64,000 nt of DNA from Balanoglossus misakiensis (lineage: Eukaryota; Animalia; Hemichordata): NCBI GenBank assembly GCA_040954595.2, contig CM082576.2:6513129-6577128 (forward strand), in the 5' to 3' direction. Positions within the stretch are counted from its first letter, which is position 1. The number at the start of each line of letters is the position of its first letter. The notes under the pieces are model-generated. The model was given only the letters and a program-made list of their open reading frames with translations. It ran no database searches and was not told where the DNA came from. The position numbers were made by a program, and so were the translations under genes. Below, in pieces: positions 54,101 through 64,000 of the stretch.

Positions 54101-56213
54101 CCAGAAAATTACGCTGTGATGTTGATCTGTAATTTCACGACTGGCTTGCTGCAAAGTTGGAAGTGTGGTGCGGCATCTTAGATGAGTTAATCGCGTCGAG
54201 GAGGTCGACTACTGTCGTACAGAGATCAAAATTTGATGGAAAGCTGGCGTGCCTTGTGTTATCGTACTCGGCAATCACCTTTGAAGTTGCTGGATTTTCC
54301 CCATCCTGTCATGTTTGAAAAGACAAAAATTTTCATTGCAACAGAGTGTGTGATTAAAGAGGGCATATTTTCAAAATGTGCCAAATATCCATGAATTTTG
54401 CATACAAGGGGTAATTCTTTGGGGAAAAATGTGCGTCATACCGCTCGAACACTGCGAAGCTTTTGTTGCAATTGTAAAGAAAGATGTTATGTATGTCCTC
54501 TGGGTATTGAGTGTAGCATGGTTGTCACACTACAAATATTGGACCTATCAAAAATGATTGATGATTGTGAAACATAAGTTTAAAATTGAAAAGACACTGT
54601 ACCATTCAATGTTCTATGATAATTTATGAATCTTCATCTTGCTGTCGTCAGCACTATCCATTTTTTCCCCTTTTTTTTCGGAATTTGACAATGCAGAGAC
54701 GTAGGGATGTAAATCAAATTGTATTTCAGCGTTTTTTTGCATAATGAGATGACGATATCTGATAATGTTGTTTTTCATTCACCATGGATGATGTTCTCAC
54801 ATCGGCAAAATAATAGATAATAACATCATGAACAAAGATCGAGAGGAGAAAATTTGGGAATAAGGCAGCACATTCAGATTTGATTGTATGAACACAAACT
54901 ACACATTTAGAGTTGTCCTGATAATGCAAATTCCACAAACATAATCTTTGGTGCTCTTTTATATTGCGATACCCTTCATAGTTTTTGCCAATGTTTTTTC
55001 CTCCACAAAGCTCCATGCAGTCGATATCCACTTTGATTTTATTGAGACTCTCGATCTCTCAGCACTCTATGTACATTTAACTGTTAATTTCAATCACACA
55101 GAGATCGCAGCCTGTGTGCGAAAGAACTGCCTGGTTGTCGGTCGCTTGAAAGTTTCATTAGCTCACCACTGTCTTTAAACTGCCAGATAGTTTTATGGCC
55201 TATCAGTGGAAATATGTCTCGTTTCAGATGGTCTTCTGTCCGGGGCTAGTCAGAATACTAATAATGTTCCATCTGAAAAGATAGTGCAGTTGTTGTCAAT
55301 TCCAAAAGGCATGTTAATGGCAAAATATGTAAATGTTATTTTCTGTAATTAAGCTTTAATTAAAGATTTATCACCGGATATAAACACAAATGTAGAGTAC
55401 TCAATTTGGGGCTGTTTATGTGCATTTGTGAATCAATCATGATTAACTGTAGAGAAATTCAATAATTGGAAATAATAATACTCTTATTGTCAAGTTTAAT
55501 TGTCAGATTTTTTGACGGTTGAAGTTTGAGACAAAATCTATACATACTGCCATTGTGTACCATGGCTTAATTAAAGCCCAGCTTAAATTTATGCATCTAT
55601 GAATCGTTTGAGTGTAGTATGTGGACTTGGCTGAAAAAGCAGCTTTATATACATGTACTTGTAATAATAAAAAACAACCTACAAATAAGTGTAATTACCT
55701 GCATGGGAGACAGAGAGGCGTGGGACCATCCAGCTTTTCATCTTCAGAATTTAAAAAGACATGTGATTAGTTTTCTCACCATGAGCGACAATTATATTTG
55801 GAGTTTTGTCAAAACACAAATGTAGATTTAATTTAATGTCCTTGGAGATGTCCATTTCATTTAATGACATTTTTGCAAGTCCATAATCATCACATCTTTT
55901 TCATGGGTCTACCACCTACATGTACATCTAAATACTTGTATGAAATGAGACACACAGACACTCTGGTTATTTCAGCTGCAGATGAGAGTTGTAAACATGT
56001 ACCTGCTTTTCAAAGCACACCAAGTATACTTTTGCTGAATGTAAATAGCTGATTTTTGTGTCACTTTGTGAGAGAGGAAAAAATTGCATGGTAGAAAAAT
56101 ATGTTTTACATGTAGGTTGGCCATATTATATAAATGTTTCTTTGTTCTTGTCTATCTACAGTTTTCATTCCGTGTAGACTACTTCTCAAGCCTGTGAACC
56201 AAATGCATCGAGG

Positions 56214-58061
56214 ATGAAGACACTTTGGAAGATAGTGGCCATTTTGCTTTGCTTTTGGCTGGTGGTGCTGCTGTACCTGGGCGGAGCCATTGGCCCCAAC
56301 GCCGAGATCCACGTCTCCACCAAGGACCTGAACAAGATGGTGAGCGAGATCGAGCTCATGAAGGAACAGAACGAGATGCTACGCAAACAAGCCAAGGAGT
56401 TGAGGTAAAATGGGGCAGGCAGACATACTATAGGCACTTGATTGCCCGATGACATGCAGAGTTGCGGGTTTACGGCAAGCACAATGACCGAAAGTGCAAA
56501 TACTGAAAATTGGCAAAGCGCTGTCAATTTCCGTTGCGGCATTCCCATTTGCCAGTTTAATGGGCGAGCCAAGCATCAGTCCGTGTTTGGCATCGCATTG
56601 ACATGCATCGTTCTGGATCAGATGATTGAATACGGGGTTTGATCAGCAAATGTGGAAACTGTTGATTCAGTGTAATTAATGCTTTGTATCGCTCCTTTCA
56701 TTAAGAAAGTGGGAACAATGCTGAAGGAGGGTAATTAAGACAAACTATTTTTGTCAAGACTCAGACAGTCATACATTAAATTTCGTTTTCAAGTGTTTTG
56801 TACTTTCAGTGAGGCTTACTGAGCGAATGAGGCAAAAGGTACCATTTGGAATTGTTCTGTATGAAAGAAATGCTGAAATATAACCCATGAAGATTTGAAT
56901 CTTTGAGCAGATTTTGGATTGAAACAGATAGACGCTCAGAAATAGCCCACGTACCGTACTCATAGGTGGCCATTGCCCGCCACGCTGCCGACTCAAAAAC
57001 AGTATGGCACCGCAATTGTTGTTCACAATATGGTGGATGTATAGTGTGGGTTAATTGCTTGGTAGATTTTATTAAACATATCTGAAATACACCAGCATGG
57101 GTTCACAGTTTCTCCAACTTCCAAGGTCAGTTAGTGCATGTACATGGGAATGTATAGTGCCACAAATCACGTAGTTGAGTGAGCTGTTCAGAGTGCAGTT
57201 GCCCCCTATTTAGATATCATCTATAGATCCAGTCCAGATTATTGACTAAGGAGCGAGAAGGGATGGGTGACCCGTGACCGCCACCATCAACATATATCTA
57301 CACATCGGTCTTATTTCAGTAGTTCGTGATTCAGAAAATTAGTCAGAAAACAGATTTTCAGTCTTTGTTTGGTTACCATATGGTAAGTTTCGTTTGGTAG
57401 TTTTTTGAAGCACAATCTAATTATTAGATATAGTGGCAATCAGCATGAATACTGAAGGAACACCAGCCGTCAGAAAATATTTCATAAATTGCCCACAAAA
57501 TTGTAAATCTGGAAATTATTGGTAAAAAAATGTTTGCCGGGTTTTGTAGAAATTTCCATGGAGGCTCTACAGGGCAGAAGTTCATATGTAAAACATGTGA
57601 CTGATCTAAGTTTGTTTTATTTTTAAAGTGGGTTTCCTATTAAGTTTTAGGATTTCCACAGACAGAACATACATGTATACCCCTAGGAAATCTGTGTGGT
57701 CTACAGTCTCCCCATCCATCACAAGAACTGAACGTTCAAGAGTTATCAAGAACACGAATGATTGCCTAGTCTGTATTTAAACCATTACGTCATACACACT
57801 GAACCTCCATTGACGCATTCTCTCTTGTGTTTTCAGGGAAATAGCCTTAATCCAGAACGATCCCCAACTCAGCAAGGACGAGACCGTTAAGTACCTTCAG
57901 CAGCAGCTTGACAAGGCACAGAAACAAATTGCAGATTTGTCACAAACCATCCAGTCTGGTAAGCGCCCAAAGAGTGTAATTTGTCTTTGAAAAGCACAGA
58001 GCAGCAATGGAGAAAGTCCATTCTCATCTGGTCATTAAGTATGTGAGTTTGTTTGTTTGTT

Positions 58062-58102
<41 letters not shown>

Positions 58103-61100
58103 ATGTGTGTGTGCATTACACTGCATAAATACTGCAGTCTAGTTCGTTAGAACATACGTACCACAGAAAATTTCACATATGTTACCTGAATACAGGAACA
58201 CTGAAAAGTTTTCACTTGACATTTACGTCACACACACCATCATTGGAAGTGATGGAAATTGGTAATTTTCTGTACAATTTTACCTAAACCAGAAACGAGG
58301 GAGTTGCTTGAATGAAATGAAAAACAAGTTCCCTTTGAAAATATATCACCTGAGTACGTGATAACCTTCTGTATGAGGTGTTATTTCTACATCAAATGAG
58401 AATTGATTTCAACCAATGAGACTGCTTCGAAAACCCCAGAGATGAGCTTATCAATTCACATTCTGTTTTGCAGGAAACGTTGTTTCATGAATTACTTTAT
58501 TCTTTATGACTGTTGCTACATTTTGTAGAAGTCTAATTTCCCCCTTTTTATGATGAAATACAGCATGCTTTGAAAGGGCAATTTGAGAACCAGAAATGAC
58601 GATAAAATGCAAATTAAGCTTAACCATGAACGATCATTCTGCCAAGGCGAAGCAAATGCAACTGTAGAATTAATACTTGAGTTTAGAAATCACAGTCTGC
58701 CCATATTTATTTGTAACTCTTTCTTAATCATGTAAGTTTTACCAGACTCATCAGTAGAAAGTGGCTTCTTCAACACACATGTAAGGCGTTCACTTTGCCA
58801 TATGGTAGTACTGTAAATAATACACAGGACAGACTTGATCAAGAATAACAGCTGACTGTGCCTCTCTAATGCCATATCATGGGTTGATGTCAGCAGACCT
58901 TCTGATGGAATATGGTATTTCCCAAAATAGACACACTAGACTCATTAATACCATAATAATCTGTATGTTTACTCGGGGAAATTACATCCCCTGCGATATA
59001 CAGACGGATGTAGATTTAATTTTATGGCATTTTAGATTTTCAGCACCCTATGAAAAAAAATCTTATGTCACCAAGAGCCGAGTGATGACTCAAGTGGATG
59101 AATTTTTATGCATTTTTATTGACATTACAAACATGTAACTCTTCATTTTCTGTGATCTACTTAAATCTGGAGATTGATTCGATCATAAAACACAAATCCA
59201 TCACATATCAGATGTTTTATTGGTGAGAGGGGGAGATGAGGTGGTGGATATTCGCAGTCCAACATCATTTTTACCACAGAAACTTCTACTTGTCTCTGTA
59301 AACCTTTAACCTTTGCACTCTGACCCCCTGGGTGACCCCATGACTTGTTCAGATGTTTTTTTCCGAGCTGGGTTCAAATGGTTAAAAAAATAAAGAATAG
59401 TGACACACACACCGTCCAATCCTGATTCTGTTTACCCTGCCGTCTTTCAATCTTTTTTTCAATCTATGTAACATTGCCTTGCATTACATCAATTTTCCCT
59501 ACGATCTCGTTTTCAGGTAAGAAACTTTCAAGTGGCACATCGGGTAACAGTCTGAACGACAACGGGCCGACACGCGAACAGGAAAAACTCAGACGAAGAA
59601 TTGAGAACGGCGTTACAGAGTTCTGGTACTATCTGAAGTCAAAAGTCTCCAAATTCAAAGATGTGGATGCGAAAGAAATCAGTTTGAAAATCCATGAAGT
59701 TCTTGAAGATGGCGGACACCAACAGAGGTATGCTTGTGTCATCACGCAGTGTTTAATTCAGTTCAATTTCTTAAATTGTTTCTCAAACATACTCCAACTG
59801 ATCACATTGAAACACATGTACTGGTATATCATTTATGTGCTGACATGATCAAACATGGTTTCCAAGTAGCCACTTTTTTACTTGTCCAATTTTTTTTAAA
59901 TTTTATAAGGGATAATCAATTTTTGGCACAATGTCATCCAAGATGGCTTCCTGGCAACCATTTTGCTATGATTTTCGTGTGGCAAGAGCTACTGCTCAAA
60001 ATAAGCTTGAGGTGATTTATTTGACCCTTAGGACTGTAGTATCAGTAAGTGATTGTTTTGTGGTGTGGATTGTGCCAGCAGCATTTTCGGTCATTTTGCA
60101 GACAGGTCGTGACTGAATCGATCATTCCAACACGATTTCATCCAATGTTTTCTTACAGTAATCTATTTATCCAGTGGGGAGGATGCAGAGCACAGATGAT
60201 TGTTATCTTTGATAAATGTCCACAATGGTAAACACTGAGCATTTAACACGGCCTCACTGTTTTTTTAAACCCCAGATCAATTCTAACCGATCTCCATCAC
60301 CTGAGTAACTCAGCTGGTTTGGGAGAATGGAGGCAAAATGAGGCCAAGGCGCTCTCTGATGTCATACAAAAGAGATTGAAATATTTACAGGTGAGTTGCG
60401 AGTGACACCTTTCTCTGCTGAATTCTCCACTGCAGAGGAACCATTACCAAATAACAAGTGACAGAGAAAGGAAAGAGACTGCCCAACTGATTCAATAAAA
60501 AAAAGGCAAATTAGTGTTTGTGTACATGTATATGGTGTTATCGATTGATTGGTTCCCACAAGGCTCAGATTTCCTCCCAGCAACATGAAAGGAAGCAGTC
60601 ATATAGAGAACTGTAATCAATGTTTGGTTATTTTTTTTAAAATCTGCTTTGCAGAATCCAAAGGATTGCAGCAAAGCTAAGAAATTAGTGTGCAATCTGA
60701 ACAAAGGATGTGGCTACGGGTGTCAACTGCACCACGTCATCTACTGTATGATCATCGCTTACGGTTCCGAGAGAACGCTCATACTGGAATCCAAAGGGTG
60801 GAGGTATTCCAGAGATGGCTGGGAGAAGTTCTTCCTTCCTCTGAGTGAAACGTGTAGAGATTCTGCCGGATCGAGTAGCCGTAGTTCGTGGGGAGGTAAC
60901 AATTCCACTGTGTGCTATTTCTGGTGTCCGGAATTAATTATCTTGTTTGTGTGATAGGGGTTCGGATCAACACCTACTGCGTATCCAAGGGTGTTCAACT
61001 TTGCATGATCGTCTTCCAGCAGACCTAGATGCATAAACAGTATTTCTGGAAGCAAGATTGTTTCAAAATAAGTCTGGGGGCGGAGGCAGTCTGTTAGCAG

Positions 61101-63547
61101 TGTCATCAGCATTTCCCTAGGAATTTAACCCTTTCACCCCCACCCACCCCCAGTTCCCTCTAATAGAGGTTATCTTGTATTGAGAGTATCACTGTGTGCC
61201 TGGAAATAGATAAATCCTATTTTGATATTTTCAGAGTATGACCGAATAAAAGATGTGCAAGTGGTAGACCTGCCCATTGTCGATGGACTTCACCCCAGAC
61301 CCAGCTACCTGCCTCTCTCAATACCCGAAGACTTGGCCGAAAGGTTGCTACGTCTGCATGGACACCCGGCCGTTTGGTGGATTGGTCAGTTCATCAAGTA
61401 CGCGACCAGGCCTCAACCCGTTTTGCAGTCGATCATCGATGAAAAGATTAGCCAATTGCAGTTTGAAACACCGATAGTTGGGTAAGGGATGTCATCTAAT
61501 TTTAACTGAAACTTCAGAGAACATCAGTTGAATGGTGCATAAAGACAGCGTTAAATTAATACTTCTCATACTCTTCTGTTCCTCCAAGAAGAATCTTGTT
61601 CATGCATTGTGTACAGCTTTTTTGGATTTTGGAACTATATTATCTAGACTGATTGATTGATCAATTGATTGGTGATCGATGATTAATTATGTTGACAGCA
61701 GTGGGATGAAAATGCTCTCAAAATTGTCTGAATTTCTGCTGTGAAATGTATTTGTTACCAAGCAGACAGTTGGGATCAGTGCAGTTGATGCAGAGATAAA
61801 GACAACACATTATTTCATATTTCCTTTCAACAAGTACATGTATAAAGCCTTGCATGATGGTTCTGCCATCCGAGTATTGAAATCTATTTCTTCATTCCGG
61901 TGGAATTTATCAAAGCTTATCAAAAACACGACACACAAAGCAAACAGATGATTTGATAATACCACTCTTTTTGAAGAGGATATACAGAGTGGCCAGTCTG
62001 CTCTGTATTTACGTAATGTCACCGTGAGAGTGGGTTTAGGACCAGACAACCCACCCAGCATAGCTACAGCTGCACTGCACGCCACATATGGTTTTCCATG
62101 TTATTTCAAATCCTATCTCAAAATACATTTAAACGTTTAGTATTATTCAGCTTCAAATAAATCTTTCAAAATTGAAAACATGTTTTTAATTAAAAAAGCC
62201 AGATTCTGACCCTTGGGGAGCCAGTTCCAGTAAACGCTGTGTAGTATTTCTGAATTAATGGTCAATCTCGAAGCAAATCTCGAAACATAAAATGATCAGA
62301 TACCGAGTACAGAGAAATGAGTTGTGTGTTGCAAGTTGGATGTTTAGGAAAGACTGGTAAATATGCTTCCATGGATACTCGATGTGTATATCTCTGCGTA
62401 CCAGCTGTTTCTACATGTGAGAGAAAGTTCACACGGTTCATGCTGGTTATGCCATAGGCTGTATACATTGAAGGGTAGAAGCCACTCTCTGGTTGGTCAA
62501 TGCTTACATCACACCTGGGATGTTTCTTAAAAGTGTTCATCATCAAAGGCACAGAAGACTGTCATCATTCTTAGTTTCCACCTTTATAAGGAGATATGAC
62601 TCTGTTCCATTTTCTTTATCTCCAAATACATCTCTCAAAGTGGTTCGAACACAGTGTACCCCCTTTTTTTAGCTCCCAACCAATCCTAATGCCGTAGTCT
62701 CATGCTTTACTTCCACACGCAGAGTCCATGTGAGACGCACAGACAAAGTCGGCACAGAGGCGGCCTTGCATGAAATCGACGAATACATGGTCCACGTGGA
62801 GGAATATTACCAGAGACTCAAACGAATAGAAGAGGTCCCGATAAAAAGGGTGTTTTTAGCCACAGATGAGCCGAGGCTTTTGGCCGAAGCCCAGTCTAAG
62901 TAAGACAACGAATTTCATTAACTTCAGTGCGGAGTAATATTGATAATCTAGCCATGCAAGAATCCCCAAAAGCCCAAATCCTGTCGTTTATTTCTGGGAA
63001 ATATTCACATAACATGTACTCTGTTCTCTGAAATTATAGCATTGTGTAATGTTACTGAACGTATAACCAGGATAAGAGACCCTGGCCAGCTGACAAGTTG
63101 GCTTTTTTCAATGAGAACGACATAAATACTGCTGATATAGAGGGGGGAAAATTAAAATAGTGCAAGCTGTTATCCATCATGTGATTCCTTTGTAAGAGCT
63201 CTGTCACTAGGGACAATGGGAAAACCATAAATTGCTTTTTATATTGAAAAAAGAAATTACCCAGGAACCAACATAAAATATTTATTCTTAGTAAAGAAAC
63301 TAGATGGAGGGAAAATGAAAAATTGCTATTGTATTTATCAGGTGATACTAACTCATATTAATAGAAAACATGTTCCATGGTTTGTTTTTTTTGCAGATTT
63401 CCAGATTACACTTTTATCAGTGACAACGCCATATCCAAAACAGCTGGACTCGGCCAGCGTTACTCAGAAGAATCCCTGAAGGGAGTCATCATAGATATTC
63501 AACTGTTGTCAGAAACAGATTACTTAGTTTGCACCTTTTCATCTCAG
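56214..63547 (+). CDS. FUT8: Alpha-(1,6)-fucosyltransferase (core fucosyltransferase, GT23), 3' end beyond the window
   Basis: Exons 56214-56404, 57837-57958, 59517-59727, 60276-60390, 60655-60895, 61235-61481, 62723-62899, 63397-63547. Type II membrane anchor [20 protein letters not shown]. Motifs [61 protein letters not shown]-terminal SH3 exons not in window. Confidence 0.97.
58047..58113. repeat. (GTTT)n(GT)n microsatellite
   Basis: Five GTTT units followed by a long GT run in a FUT8 intron. Confidence 0.95.
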
Positions 63548-64000
63548 GTGAGATCTTGTCATTTGTTTCTCCACAGTTGTTGCATCAGTGCACCTTAATC
63601 CCCAGGCGGGCATTATTTAACCCCGTCGACATCTTTGGCACAAGGGCAGACAGACTGTTTAATCAGTTATCCCACGATGCACAGCTTCAGCACATCACAG
63701 GGTTCTGTTCTCTTTTGGCAGTTGGCATGTCTGTTCAATCATCACTGTCAAACAGCTACTTGAAAAGTTCAAGGCTTAAGGAAACTACATAATTTATGTG
63801 AAGTTTAATGCATCAACACAAATTGGGTCACCGTTACTGGATTTGTACTGTGGTAAAACTGGATCCCATAATTTCGCATGTAGGCTTTGTACAATTTCAT
63901 TTCAGGCCCCTCTTCACTAAAAAAGAGCATTTTTGATGATTTAAAGGTACACAACATGAGTCATATTCAGCATATTATATGTACGTCATCTGTCATTTTA

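Noticed and set aside
59306-59385. TTAA-flanked segment with weak inverted ends (piggyBac-like MITE)
   Set aside because: Inverted repeats too short and degenerate to support a call.
1-64000. CRISPR arrays, tRNA, rRNA or SECIS elements
   Set aside because: No repeat-spacer periodicity, cloverleaf, rRNA-like sequence or in-frame TGA in the gene models was seen. Small ncRNAs cannot be excluded without Infernal/Rfam.

Overview
AT-rich, intron-rich animal genomic DNA, probably from a marine invertebrate (taxon not determinable from the window). Genes were assembled by hand from GT-AG splice sites and reading-frame phase. In order: 3' part of a PLEKHD1 orthologue (+, two alternative last exons); ARV1 (-); an ~8 kb CpG-rich, intron-poor island of three unannotated genes; FNTB (+, 12 exons); MAX (-, 5 exons); and FUT8 (+, probable non-coding first exon, ~20 kb first intron, runs off the end). 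The island holds a secreted streptopain/C39-like Cys-His protease with a furin-type site (+) and two tandem paralogues with a restriction-endonuclease-like PD-(D/E)XK motif order but no E-x-K catalytic residues (-). FNTB-MAX-FUT8 order and orientation match human 14q23. The island sits between the divergent starts of ARV1 and FNTB and is the best candidate for an undescribed, possibly horizontally acquired and domesticated system. Family assignments for the island genes rest on motif recognition only; no searches were run.
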